In this document: piece after piece, positions 17,911-27,775 of the stretch
How the letters are laid out: every line of letters begins with the position of its first letter
Position numbering within the stretch: position 1 is the first letter of the stretch
Source: Phycisphaerae bacterium
GTDB lineage: Bacteria > Planctomycetota > Phycisphaerae > Sedimentisphaerales > Anaerobacaceae
Direction of reading: 5' to 3'
Assembly (NCBI GenBank): GCA_016782865.1
Contig: JADHXR010000043.1
Coordinates: 14,504 to 46,503 of the forward strand
Length of the DNA stretch: 32,000 nt
The notes under the pieces: generated by a model
What the model saw: the letters and a program-made list of their open reading frames with translations, nothing else
Databases searched by the model: none
What the model was told of the DNA's origin: nothing
Made by a program: the position numbers and the translations under genes

Positions 17911-18808
17911 GACTCCAAAGCTCGGCACGCGAATGATGCCCTATTTAGCGATTCTCCGTCATGACATGCGAACCCTCCAGGCAAGTCGCCTGGTCCGTCT
18001 CTGGCTGGGGGCCACCGCACTTCTGACGCTGCTGCTGACCGGCTCGAACTGGGCCAACTTCCAGGACGGCACACTGATCGCGTCACTTCTGTTTCCCTAC
18101 CTGGTCTTCCCATGGTTTCTCGTCGTCGTGGTGCTCGGAGTCACCCCGGTCTCGGGGGCGCAAACCGAAACGCTTGCCGACGGAATCCTGAGCCGGCCCG
18201 TGAGCCGCCTGGAATATCTGCTTGCCACCTGGTCGGCGCGAGTCGTGCTCGTGCTGGGCGTCTACCTCGTAGTGACAGTCCCGGCGATCGTTCTGATAAT
18301 GCTGGCAAAGCGCCCCGTGCCGGCCGACACGGTGACTATCTATGGAATCGCCACCTCCCTTGGAGTCGTGGGACTTGTGCTTACCTTCCTGGTGTCACTG
18401 GGATTTCTCGCCGGGACCGTGCTGCAAAAGCCCCTGCTCGCGGTGGTCGTGCTGATCTTCATCTGGTACCCAATAGGCCTGATCCTGAGCATCTTCTCAT
18501 TGGAGGAGTTCTCGCCCATCAGCCTGAACCGGGCGATCTCCACACAGCTTCGCCAGAGCTGGCGGCAGAGCGACGAGGCAAAGGGCAAAACGAAGCCGGA
18601 GGACGCCTATGCGTTCACCGATCAGATGTCCAACTTCTTTAACGTTCTATCCGGCACCCAGTCCGAGCCAAAAGCGGCCAAACCCGATTTCTTCGAGGGC
18701 CAGAAATTCGACGATTTCTCGCTGCTGCGAGTAACTTTGGGGTACGGCCTGCCAACCCTGGCGTCGGTCTTCCTGGCGGCCCTGAGCTTCTATTGGCGCG
18801 ATTTGTAA
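17894..18808 (+). CDS. ABC transporter permease (ABC-2 type), paired with the upstream ATPase
   Basis: Overlaps the ATPase gene; several hydrophobic spans; GVTPVSGAQTETLADGILSRPVSRLEYLLATWSARV. Confidence 0.85.
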   Translation: MGSNVKTPKLGTRMMPYLAILRHDMRTLQASRLVRLWLGATALLTLLLTGSNWANFQDGTLIASLLFPYLVFPWFLVVVVLGVTPVSGAQTETLADGILSRPVSRLEYLLATWSARVVLVLGVYLVVTVPAIVLIMLAKRPVPADTVTIYGIATSLGVVGLVLTFLVSLGFLAGTVLQKPLLAVVVLIFIWYPIGLILSIFSLEEFSPISLNRAISTQLRQSWRQSDEAKGKTKPEDAYAFTDQMSNFFNVLSGTQSEPKAAKPDFFEGQKFDDFSLLRVTLGYGLPTLASVFLAALSFYWRDL

Positions 18809-18894
18809 CATTACGCCCTTGCGAGGAGTGTCGTCAATATCCTATAATTACACGGTTGACATCTTTTGCTTTCAAAGCAGAAAGGGGCAGGACC

Positions 18895-21800
18895 ATGCAC
18901 CACTCAAAGAAGTCATCACAGCATCCGCTCGGAGCAACTCTCACCATGACCATAGCTGGTAGGATGGGCAACTTGTTGCCCATGCTGCTAATTGCTACGT
19001 GCTCCGCATGGGCAACAAGTTGCCCATCCTACGATCTTTTGGCAATCATGACAAGTCAGTTGACCACGGCCACCCAGGAGGCAGACGCCGGCGACAATGC
19101 ATTGGCTCGCAAGCTCGTTGATATGGGCGGCGTCGATCGGGGGCTCTGCGCCGTCATCGGGGGCCGGCACGATCTGCCGGTGCGGATCGCACGGTGCAGC
19201 AACCTGCTCGTGCACGTGCGCGAGCCCGACCCCAGCATAGTTGCCATACAGAGGCGCCTGGCCGAAGAGGCGGGCCTCGGCATAGACCGGCTTATCATTG
19301 AGCAAGGCAGCCTGGACAAATTACCTTATGCCGACAACATGGTCGACCTAGTCATCGCAACACGCGCCGATGCCGGTACGCTTGCTCGCCTGAGTGTCTC
19401 CGAGGTGCTCCGGGTATTGATCCCCGAAGGCACGGCGATTATCGCCGCGACGGGCGGGACCACTTTGGAGCAACTTCGCAAATGGGTCCGGGCCGGCAAG
19501 GCAGGGAACGTCAAATTCATACAAACTGACGGAGGTGTGTGGCTGCACTTTTCAAAGCTTCCGCTGGAAGGCGCCGACGATTGGTCTCATTGGGAGCACG
19601 CTCCGGACAACAATCCCGTCTCCGCCGACCAGGTCATCAAGGCGCCGTACATGACGCAGTTCCTGGCCGAGCCGTACTACATTGGAATGCCCGCGATCAC
19701 GACGGCGGCCGGCGGGCGCACCTTCCTGGCTACAGGACACATCGCCCATCATGTTCGCGAGTGGGACATGGTCAACAAGCTGATCGCCCGCAACGGCTAC
19801 AACGGCACCGTGCTCTGGCAGCGCGACCTTCCCGACGGGTATCTCGCGCATCGCTCGGCGTTCGTCGCCACCAAAGACATCTTCTATATGCTCGACGGTG
19901 ACGGCTGCCTCATGCTCGACACGCGGAGCGGCGCCGAAAAAGGACGCATCCAGATCCCCGGCCTCGAAGGCGACTGGAAGTGGATGGCGATGAAGGACGG
20001 CGTCCTCTACGCAATGGCCGGCGACGAGAAAGGCGAGGCCAAGATCATAAAAGGAGACCGCAACTTCGGCGGCTGGAGCTGGGCCGACCTCAGCGTCGGA
20101 TACTACGCCAAGCCGAGGGTCCCCTGGGGATTCGGCAACAAACTGGCGGCATACAAGCTCGATGACAAGCGCGTGATTTGGGAGCACACCGAAGATGCCC
20201 TGATCGACTCGCGCGCACTGACCATGCGTGACAACAAGCTCTTTCTGTATTGCCCGACCAGTCATATGCGCAGTTTGAACACCGAAACAGGGGACACCGA
20301 ATGGACCAACAGCAGCTATGAGACCCTGAACCTCATCGAAGAGCCCGGACGCGGGCTGGTTTCGACGCCCGGATTCCGCAGCGCATGTATCGCCGTGGCG
20401 GGCCCAGAGTCGGTTATCATTCAGGGGCAGACCCGGATGAACGTAATAGCCGTCTCGGCCAAGAACGGCGAGCTGCTCTGGCAGAAAAAGAAAATCACCA
20501 ATAACCCGAACGCCATCTTCCTCGACGACCAGGCCGTACTCGGCGTCGGCCCTGGGAGCCAGCACGTGGCCATCGATCCTGTCACAGGCTCGGTGCTTGA
20601 TAATTACAAGTTCCGCAAGGCCGCCTGCACCCGCCTGACCGCCACGCCCGACTCGCTGTTTGTTCGCGGCGAGGGAACGCTTCGTTTCGACCGAGCAAGT
20701 AAGAAAGTCTTGGTCGACGGCGGGGTCCGGCCCGCCTGCAACGACGGCGCACTTGCCGCAAACGGCATGCTCTACATCGGCCCCTGGGCCTGCGATTGCA
20801 ACCTGTCCTTGATCGGAGCGATGGCCAAATGCTCGGCGGGAGACTTCCGCTTCGACCACGTAGCCACCGAAGCCGAGCGGCTACAGACCGAGAGAGATTT
20901 TGAAAAGGTCGCGCCGTTGGAAGTCACAGCAGCCGACTGGCCCACCTATCGGGCGAACAATCAGCGCACGAGTTCGACGAGCGCCAGACTCGCAAGGCCG
21001 GACGCTCCAGATCGAACGCGTCCGGCGGCTTCCTGGACGAACACTGCGAAACGACCGCACGTACCGACCGCCCCGACCTCGGCGGGCGGACTTGTCTTCG
21101 TTGCCGGCCAATGCGGCAGGGTCCGTGCCCTCGACGCCCGCACGGGAGAGGTTCGCTGGATCTTCGCCACAGGCGGCCCAATTAAGGCGCCGCCCACCAT
21201 CGCCGAATCCCGGGCTTACGTCGGCAGCGGTGACGGACATGTCTACGCCCTCGAAGCCGCCACCGGGCGCCTGCTCTGGCGCTTCCGTGCGGCTCCTCTC
21301 GAGCGGCACATTATGGTCTACGGCAATCTCTGCTCCACCTGGCCCGTCAACACCGGCGTGCTGGTCGCCGACGGCGTCGCATATTTCGCCGCGGGGATCA
21401 TTGACGGTGACGGCACCTATGTTTATGCTCTCGACGCTAAGACGGGCAAGATCAAATGGCAGAACAATTCGTCCGGGCACCTGAATCCTGAGCTGCGCAA
21501 GGGCGTTTCGGCCCAGGGTACTCTCGCGATCCAGGGCAATCAACTGCTGATGGCCGGCGGCAACCAGGTCAGCCCGGCCAGCTTCGACATCAAGACGGGT
21601 AAGTGCCTCAACCAGAGTTTCGCCCAGGGAAATCCCAAGGCCAATCACGGCAAGTTCGTCGGCGTCTTTCTCGGCGATCACGCAATCGCCGGCGGCAGGG
21701 CCCTCTATGCCTCGGCCGAGAATGTTGCCAACAAGGACAGCTTCGTCGTTCACAACGGCAGGCGTTTGGTGCCGATGAACTTCGGAGGGATCCCGCCGGC

Positions 21801-22335
21801 CTGGAGTGACGAGACCGTCGCGCTGGTAAACTTCCGCGACGGCAAACTGATCTGCTGTGACGGTGACAAAGCAGTCGAACGAATCGAGAAGGGACTGCCC
21901 GCGACCGCCACACCGGCACAGCGCCGATGGCTCGGTCTGGCTGATGCCCTCAAAAGCGACAACGGCGTCCGATGGGCCACCGATCTGGATCAGAAGGAAT
22001 TCGAGGTGGTGTCCCTCGCCGTCTGCCCAACCTCGGTGGCAGCCGTTGTGAAGTATCAGGACCGGGCTCGTGCGCATCCCGAGTGGTTTCTGGTTGCCGT
22101 CAATTCCGAGAACGGCACGCCCTACTGGTTCTGGCGCTACCCGCTGGCGTCCAAGCCTCTGCCGGGCGGACTGCTGGTCGGCAGAGACGGTCAGATCGTT
22201 TTGACAATGCTCAACGGCGACGTCCAAAGCTTCGGACCGCAACGAGCAAGGCCGGCCCAGCCGGACAGAATCCCAGCGAGACGCCCCGCGCCGGCGCGAC
22301 CCGGAGCAGGGCGACCTGGCGCAGCACGAGATTAG
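18895..22335 (+). CDS. secreted or exported SAM-methyltransferase-like domain fused to PQQ/quinoprotein-type beta-propeller
   Basis: Methyltransferase-like segment VDRGLCAVIGG...IIEQGSLDKLPYADNMVDLVIA; then DWSHWEHAPDNNPVSAD and repeated propeller blades (VYALEAATGRLLWRFRAAP, VYALDAKTGKIKWQNN). Confidence 0.85.
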   Translation: MHHSKKSSQHPLGATLTMTIAGRMGNLLPMLLIATCSAWATSCPSYDLLAIMTSQLTTATQEADAGDNALARKLVDMGGVDRGLCAVIGGRHDLPVRIARCSNLLVHVREPDPSIVAIQRRLAEEAGLGIDRLIIEQGSLDKLPYADNMVDLVIATRADAGTLARLSVSEVLRVLIPEGTAIIAATGGTTLEQLRKWVRAGKAGNVKFIQTDGGVWLHFSKLPLEGADDWSHWEHAPDNNPVSADQVIKAPYMTQFLAEPYYIGMPAITTAAGGRTFLATGHIAHHVREWDMVNKLIARNGYNGTVLWQRDLPDGYLAHRSAFVATKDIFYMLDGDGCLMLDTRSGAEKGRIQIPGLEGDWKWMAMKDGVLYAMAGDEKGEAKIIKGDRNFGGWSWADLSVGYYAKPRVPWGFGNKLAAYKLDDKRVIWEHTEDALIDSRALTMRDNKLFLYCPTSHMRSLNTETGDTEWTNSSYETLNLIEEPGRGLVSTPGFRSACIAVAGPESVIIQGQTRMNVIAVSAKNGELLWQKKKITNNPNAIFLDDQAVLGVGPGSQHVAIDPVTGSVLDNYKFRKAACTRLTATPDSLFVRGEGTLRFDRASKKVLVDGGVRPACNDGALAANGMLYIGPWACDCNLSLIGAMAKCSAGDFRFDHVATEAERLQTERDFEKVAPLEVTAADWPTYRANNQRTSSTSARLARPDAPDRTRPAASWTNTAKRPHVPTAPTSAGGLVFVAGQCGRVRALDARTGEVRWIFATGGPIKAPPTIAESRAYVGSGDGHVYALEAATGRLLWRFRAAPLERHIMVYGNLCSTWPVNTGVLVADGVAYFAAGIIDGDGTYVYALDAKTGKIKWQNNSSGHLNPELRKGVSAQGTLAIQGNQLLMAGGNQVSPASFDIKTGKCLNQSFAQGNPKANHGKFVGVFLGDHAIAGGRALYASAENVANKDSFVVHNGRRLVPMNFGGIPPAWSDETVALVNFRDGKLICCDGDKAVERIEKGLPATATPAQRRWLGLADALKSDNGVRWATDLDQKEFEVVSLAVCPTSVAAVVKYQDRARAHPEWFLVAVNSENGTPYWFWRYPLASKPLPGGLLVGRDGQIVLTMLNGDVQSFGPQRARPAQPDRIPARRPAPARPGAGRPGAARD
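18959..19032. repeat. Perfect 27-bp inverted repeat with 20-nt loop, each arm itself a near-palindrome
   Basis: GTAGGATGGGCAACTTGTTGCCCATGC (18959-18985) / GCATGGGCAACAAGTTGCCCATCCTAC (19006-19032); inner palindrome ATGGGCAAC-TT-GTTGCCCAT. Confidence 0.93.
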
Positions 22336-22370
22336 CAAGGGCAGCGGATATGCTACATAGTATATTGAGC

Positions 22371-22405
22371 GGTAGGGTGCGATATATCGCACCAATTATG
22401 CTACC
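22371..22405. terminator. Hairpin between convergent genes, possible bidirectional terminator or small palindromic repeat
   Basis: GGTAG-GGTGCGATATATCGCACC-AATTATG-CTACC; inner 18-nt perfect palindrome 22376-22393; overlaps the stop of the 22401-23807 minus ORF. Confidence 0.4.
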
Positions 22406-23807
22406 TAGCTCTTGTATGTTGTCGTAGGCCTTCTGCGAAGTCGATGTTGGAAACTCTGATGAAATTCTCCCGCATTTTCTGTGAGGGCACAGACAGTTCG
22501 ATAGGAATTGTATTGTTGAATATGCAGACGACTGTTCCTGACAGAACCTCACTATTTGGGGGGATTATATCAAACCTTACATGGACGTATTCGATTTGTT
22601 GGAGAAACGATAGCGGTTGCTTGAAAGCCTTGTCGGTTGCCTCCATAGCTAAATTGCTGGAATACCGCACTTCACCCATGCCCGTTTGCTTCGCCGTAGA
22701 TCCGACAGACGACAGTGTGAGTAGAGCTTCTGTGCCTTTTCCAAATGCCAGAACGGCACCATTGTACGGGTGGCGAGCGTTCACCTGCTCTTCAGACCGA
22801 ATGGTTATTTCGACTTTCGCGGTGGTGGTGACAATCCGTTGATCCTCGACCATCTCCATTTGTCCTCTGTTTCTCTGCTGCTGACCGGCAAGGCGGTGAC
22901 AGAAAGCCACAATGCTGTCAAATTTCTCGACTGTTGTACCGAGAGCGGTGAGGACAATAACGACTAGAATTGCGATGCTTATGACAGGATGATTCTTCGC
23001 CCGCCTAACCAATCCGTCAAAAGTAGTTTCGGACACAATTTTGGCTGTCTGTTCCTTCTGTTGTGGTAATCGCACGTTCGCCCATTTGGCCACATCTTCT
23101 TCGACAGTTTTAAGAAGTGCTCTCAACCAGCCTTCCATGTGTGGTTCAAGTTCGGACATACTCTCACGAAGAGCGTGAAAAAAGATACACCTTTCCGCGT
23201 TTGAAAGTGCATCAGGTTTGTGCCAATCATCCGAACCAGGCCACTGCCAGGGCGTGGGGTCCTGTGTTCCCTTACGACCGTAGTCATAGACTCCGGCAAG
23301 GATCGTATACTTCTCGGCCAGGGAAAGCTCGTGCTCGCGGTTCAAGGGTAAGATGTGCTTGACCTCCGGTGTTGCTGAAGTTGATAATTCGGGCGGGACC
23401 CAGCCCCAAATCGGGTTGGAAGTGTGCTTCAAATGCGATCCCGATTCTTGCACGGTGCGTTGTACATGCAGTTCAAATTTCCAGCCCTCTTCCGAGGGGG
23501 CTGCGTGTTTGTCCTGTAAACCGACATCCGTTGCTACGGTTTCTTCAAAATATGTTCTTCTTCGTTTCTCCCATTCCATACGTTTCCTAATCTCAGCCTC
23601 ATGTTCCTCCGCCCACAGATTGACCATTTCTTGAAAACGCGGCATGGCATTGTATTTCTGGATGATTTTGTAAATGTCCAGTGCCAGAATACCTACCCAG
23701 TTTGGAATGTCCTTGCTAATATTGTACCTTTCTTCCCGCCAGTATTCTCGGCAACAATGATACATCGGCAAGCCACCGTTGTCCATCCGAGAATAACTTA
23801 CTTCCAC
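22401..23807 (-). CDS. uncharacterised protein with a single central TM segment
   Basis: Long ORF (up to 468 aa, start uncertain) with TM span HPVISIAILVVIVLTALG; no family recognised. Confidence 0.6.
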   Translation of the reverse strand: MEVSYSRMDNGGLPMYHCCREYWREERYNISKDIPNWVGILALDIYKIIQKYNAMPRFQEMVNLWAEEHEAEIRKRMEWEKRRRTYFEETVATDVGLQDKHAAPSEEGWKFELHVQRTVQESGSHLKHTSNPIWGWVPPELSTSATPEVKHILPLNREHELSLAEKYTILAGVYDYGRKGTQDPTPWQWPGSDDWHKPDALSNAERCIFFHALRESMSELEPHMEGWLRALLKTVEEDVAKWANVRLPQQKEQTAKIVSETTFDGLVRRAKNHPVISIAILVVIVLTALGTTVEKFDSIVAFCHRLAGQQQRNRGQMEMVEDQRIVTTTAKVEITIRSEEQVNARHPYNGAVLAFGKGTEALLTLSSVGSTAKQTGMGEVRYSSNLAMEATDKAFKQPLSFLQQIEYVHVRFDIIPPNSEVLSGTVVCIFNNTIPIELSVPSQKMRENFIRVSNIDFAEGLRQHTRAR

Positions 23808-24022
23808 GCTTGAAATGCCTCCGCAGAATTATGGCAGGTTGTAGCACAGTATCGGTTTTTGTGGGTGAGCCATTCAGTACGTTGGCCTATTTCTTGGTAT
23901 CTCGGGTAAGACGGTTCGCAGAGTCGAAGGCTGCGGACTTGACGCAGCGAATCCCGTTAACTACAATTACCTTGCGTTGTGTTTGAGCAGTTCCACGATT
24001 TTCTACCGAAAGGACGAGGCAA

Positions 24023-25330
24023 ATGAGCAGCAACATTTCTGGCCCGCGAACGGCGAGGCATTTGTGCATGGTCTTGTTTGCGGTATATGCATGTACGGCA
24101 GGGGCTCATGCCCAGGATTCGCACAGCGGTTTTTTTAACGTGCGTGATTTCGGCGCCGCCGGAGACGGCAAGACCGATGACAGCGCCGCGTTTCAAAAGG
24201 CCCTGGATGCCGCCGCCGAAGCCGAGGGTGGTGTTGTTCACGCTCCGCGAGGCAACTATCTCTTCAAGGGCCATCTGAACGTTCCGAGTGCCGTGACGCT
24301 CGCTGGCCTTTGGCAATCGGTGCCGGCACACAACGGGATTCGCGACCGCGGGCTCCCCAAACCGACCGACGACGGCACCACGCTGCTGGTGACAGAAGGC
24401 GCGGGCAGCGAGGACGGACCGGCGTTCATCACACTCAATACCAACAGTACTCTCAAGGGCGTGGTGCTGTACTATCCCGAGCAAAATGTAGACGACATTC
24501 CCGAGCCGTACCCCTGGGCGATCTCCATGCGGGGCAAGAATCCAGCCGTTCTCGCCGTGGAGATGCTCAATCCCTACAACGGGATCGACGCCACGCGCAA
24601 CGAGCGTCACCTGATTCGCGACGTGCACGGCCAGCCCATCCGGCGCGGCATCCTGGTCGACCACATCTACGATATCGGCCGGATCGAAAACGTCCACTTC
24701 AATCCCTGGTGGAGTATGAAACCCAAGCTGTTCCAGTGGCAGATGGAAAACGGCGAGGCGTTCATCTTCGCCAAGTCCGACTGGCAGTATGTCACCAACA
24801 CCTTCTGCTTCGGCTATAAGATCGGCTACAAGTTCATACGAACGAGGTCGGGCATGTGCAACGGCAACTTCCTCGGCATCGGCGCCGACGATTGCCATAC
24901 AGCCCTTGTCGTCGAGCAGTGCGCCCCGTACGGCCTGCTGATAACCAATGGAGAGTTCGTATCTTTTCACGGTCCCGATCCCACGATGATCGGAGTCGGC
25001 GAGGCCAACAGAGGAAGCGTTCGCTTTGTAAACTGCGCATTCTGGGGGCCCTGCAATCAGATAGCAAAGATCTCCGGCACCGGAACCGTCGGTTTCGGCG
25101 ATTGCACATTCACCCAATGGGGAGGCCAAAGCGGGACTCGCGCAGCGATCCAGGCTAAGAGCGGGACCGTGCTGATCCGCGGGTGCGAATTCCGACAGGA
25201 TCGCCCGCAGATCGAACTCGGCACAGACGTCAGCCGCGCGATCATCGCCGAGAACATATTCACGGGCGCCGAACGGATCGACAATAGATCCGAAGGTAAC
25301 GTTCAGATCGGACTGAATGTCAGTAACTGA
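24023..25330 (+). CDS. secreted pectate-lyase-superfamily / right-handed beta-helix protein
   Basis: Signal peptide followed by FFNVRDFGAAGDGKTDDSAAFQKALDAA, the classic N-terminal motif of the pectate lyase/GH28-like superfamily. Confidence 0.88.
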   Translation: MSSNISGPRTARHLCMVLFAVYACTAGAHAQDSHSGFFNVRDFGAAGDGKTDDSAAFQKALDAAAEAEGGVVHAPRGNYLFKGHLNVPSAVTLAGLWQSVPAHNGIRDRGLPKPTDDGTTLLVTEGAGSEDGPAFITLNTNSTLKGVVLYYPEQNVDDIPEPYPWAISMRGKNPAVLAVEMLNPYNGIDATRNERHLIRDVHGQPIRRGILVDHIYDIGRIENVHFNPWWSMKPKLFQWQMENGEAFIFAKSDWQYVTNTFCFGYKIGYKFIRTRSGMCNGNFLGIGADDCHTALVVEQCAPYGLLITNGEFVSFHGPDPTMIGVGEANRGSVRFVNCAFWGPCNQIAKISGTGTVGFGDCTFTQWGGQSGTRAAIQAKSGTVLIRGCEFRQDRPQIELGTDVSRAIIAENIFTGAERIDNRSEGNVQIGLNVSN

Positions 25331-25348
25331 CAGTAAAGGGTAATTTCC

Positions 25349-27775
25349 ATGACACTCAAAAGACAGATACTCGCAGCAATTCTGATCTTTTCGCTGTGCG
25401 CGACGCTCTCGGCGGCGCAAGAGCAAAAGGCTGAACTGACGCGCGACTATAACGTCAAGCCAGTGACCTTCAATAACGTCCGCGTCGAGGACCGCTTCTG
25501 GACTCCTCGACTGGAGACCAGCCGTAAGGTCACGATCCCGTACTGCTTCGAGAAATGCGAGGAGACCGGTCGAATCAGAAACTTCGAAAAAGCCGCCGGA
25601 CTCATGGAGGGCAAACACGAAGGGATCTACTTCAACGATTCCGACGTCTATAAAGTCATGGAAGGTGCGGCCTATTCGCTGCAAGTCCAGCCCGATACCA
25701 TGATGCGGCTGTACCTGGAGAAGGTAATCAAGATCATGGCCGGCGCCCAGTGGGAAGATGGATATCTCTTCACCTTCTACTCGGTGCCGCAAAGACAGCC
25801 CGAGAAGCTCTGGACGAATGTTCAGAGTATTCACGAGCAATACTGCGTCGGCCACATGTACGAGGCCGCCGTCGCGCACTATCAAGTCACCGGCGAAAGG
25901 TCGCTGCTCAATGTCGCTGTGAAGAACGCCGATTTGATCTGCGATGTCTTCGGCGCCGGCAAGCGGACCGACCCGCCGGGACATCAGGAAATCGAAATCG
26001 GGCTCTGCAAATTGTATCGCGCCACGGGCGACGGCAAGTACCTCGACCAGGCGAAGTTCTTCCTGGACCAGCGCGGCCGCAAAGGCAACCGCGGGCCAAA
26101 GGGCAAGCAAGGACTTTACGGCACGTACTCCCAGGACCACATACCCGTCACCGAGCAGGCGACCGCCGTGGGACATTCGGTCCGGGCCGCCTATCTTTAT
26201 ACAGGCATGGCCGACGTCGCCGCGCTAACGGGCAGCATGGAATACGTCCGGGCAATCGATGCGATATGGAAGGACGTCGTCGACACCAAGCTCTACATCA
26301 CAGGAGGCATCGGCGCCGCGGGCGGGCACGAGGGTTTCGGGGGCCATTACGAATTGCCAAACATGCGGGCCTACTGCGAGACCTGCGCATCGATTGCCAA
26401 TATCTTCTGGAATCATCGTATGTTCCTTATGCACGGCGACGCCAAATACATCGACGTACTGGAACGCGTGCTATACAACGCTGCCCTGTCCGGCATTTCA
26501 ATGGAGGGCGAGACGTTCTTCTACCCGAACCCTCTGGAATCCACAGGCCAGCACGCCCGCAGCCCCTGGTTCGGCTGCGCGTGCTGCCCGTCGAACGTCG
26601 CGAGGTTCATTCCCTCGGTGCCGGGATATGCTTATGCCCACAAGGACGGTGACGTATACGTCAACCTGTTCATCAGCGGCGCCGCGGCGATCGAAACGGC
26701 CGACAACAAGATCACACTGACCCAGCAAACGCAGTACCCCTGGGCCGGGACGGTGAAGATCGGCGTCGAGCCGGAGAAGAGCGACACCTTCGCCATCTAC
26801 GTTCGCATCCCCGGCTGGGCACAAAACCAGCCCGTGCCCAGCGACCTTTACACATTCGGCTCCCGTTCGGCCGAGAAGGCTTCACTAAAGGTCAACGGCA
26901 AACGAGTATCGCCGAGCATCGAAAGCGGCTTCGCCCGCATCGAGCGCAAATGGCGCAAGGGCGACACCATCGAGCTGGACCTGCCGATGCCCGTCCGTCG
27001 CATTGTTGCCCACCGCCAAATTGCCGACGACCGTGGCAAGGTTGCGCTGCAGCGCGGGCCGATTGTTTTTTGCCTCGAAGGGCCCGACAATGACGGCGAG
27101 GTCCTGAACCTCGTGATCGGCGACGACGCGAAGTTCCGCACCGAATACAGAGCGGACCTCCTGAACGGCGTCACCGTAATTACAGGTAAAGCTCGCACCG
27201 TCAAACGCACGCTGGACGGCGACATCGCTGCGGCGGGCGAAAAGCCGTTCACGGCTATCCCCTATTACGCCTGGGCCCATCGCGGGCGAGGGCAGATGAC
27301 GGTCTGGCCCGCCCGCAAACCCGAGGCGGCCCGCCCGGGGCCGGCCGATACATTGACGTACAAGAGCAGGACCACTGCATCATTCGTCCATGTGTCTTTG
27401 GATGCGATCAAGGACCAGATCCTGCCGAAGAACTCGGCCGACTCTTCGGCGCTGCAACTCGACTTCTGGCCACACAAGGACACAACCGAGTGGCTCCGGT
27501 TCGAGTGGGACCAAGAACACAGAATCTCCAATGTAAAGGTCTATTGGTTCGACGACAGCGGTAGAGGCGCCTGCCACCTGCCCGAATCCTGGAGAGTGCT
27601 GTACCGCGACGCCGCGGGCAACTTTAAGCCCGTGAAGGCGAACACCCCATACGGCCTGAAAAAGGACGCCTTCAACAAGGTCGATTTCGACCCGGTAACC
27701 ACCGACGCTATCAGAATCGAAATCACCCTCCAGAAGAAATGGTCTGCCGGCGTCCAGGAAGTGGTCATTGAGTGA
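25349..27775 (+). CDS. beta-L-arabinofuranosidase, GH127/DUF1680 family, signal peptide and C-terminal discoidin-like domain
   Basis: VTFNNVRVEDRFWTPRLE; YITGGIGAAGGHEGFG..YCETCASIANIFWNHRMF; SPWFGCACCPSNVARFIPSVPGYAY (catalytic Cys region); C-terminal LDFWPHKDTTEWLRFEWDQEHRISNVKVYW. Confidence 0.92.
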   Translation: MTLKRQILAAILIFSLCATLSAAQEQKAELTRDYNVKPVTFNNVRVEDRFWTPRLETSRKVTIPYCFEKCEETGRIRNFEKAAGLMEGKHEGIYFNDSDVYKVMEGAAYSLQVQPDTMMRLYLEKVIKIMAGAQWEDGYLFTFYSVPQRQPEKLWTNVQSIHEQYCVGHMYEAAVAHYQVTGERSLLNVAVKNADLICDVFGAGKRTDPPGHQEIEIGLCKLYRATGDGKYLDQAKFFLDQRGRKGNRGPKGKQGLYGTYSQDHIPVTEQATAVGHSVRAAYLYTGMADVAALTGSMEYVRAIDAIWKDVVDTKLYITGGIGAAGGHEGFGGHYELPNMRAYCETCASIANIFWNHRMFLMHGDAKYIDVLERVLYNAALSGISMEGETFFYPNPLESTGQHARSPWFGCACCPSNVARFIPSVPGYAYAHKDGDVYVNLFISGAAAIETADNKITLTQQTQYPWAGTVKIGVEPEKSDTFAIYVRIPGWAQNQPVPSDLYTFGSRSAEKASLKVNGKRVSPSIESGFARIERKWRKGDTIELDLPMPVRRIVAHRQIADDRGKVALQRGPIVFCLEGPDNDGEVLNLVIGDDAKFRTEYRADLLNGVTVITGKARTVKRTLDGDIAAAGEKPFTAIPYYAWAHRGRGQMTVWPARKPEAARPGPADTLTYKSRTTASFVHVSLDAIKDQILPKNSADSSALQLDFWPHKDTTEWLRFEWDQEHRISNVKVYWFDDSGRGACHLPESWRVLYRDAAGNFKPVKANTPYGLKKDAFNKVDFDPVTTDAIRIEITLQKKWSAGVQEVVIE

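Noticed and set aside
23957-26176. 739-aa ORF on - strand, and the similar long - ORFs 19552-20859 and 20881-22395
   Set aside because: They lie antisense to well-supported genes (pectate-lyase-like/GH127 and PQQ protein); low-similarity-looking composition and no recognisable motifs. Shadow ORFs from codon bias.
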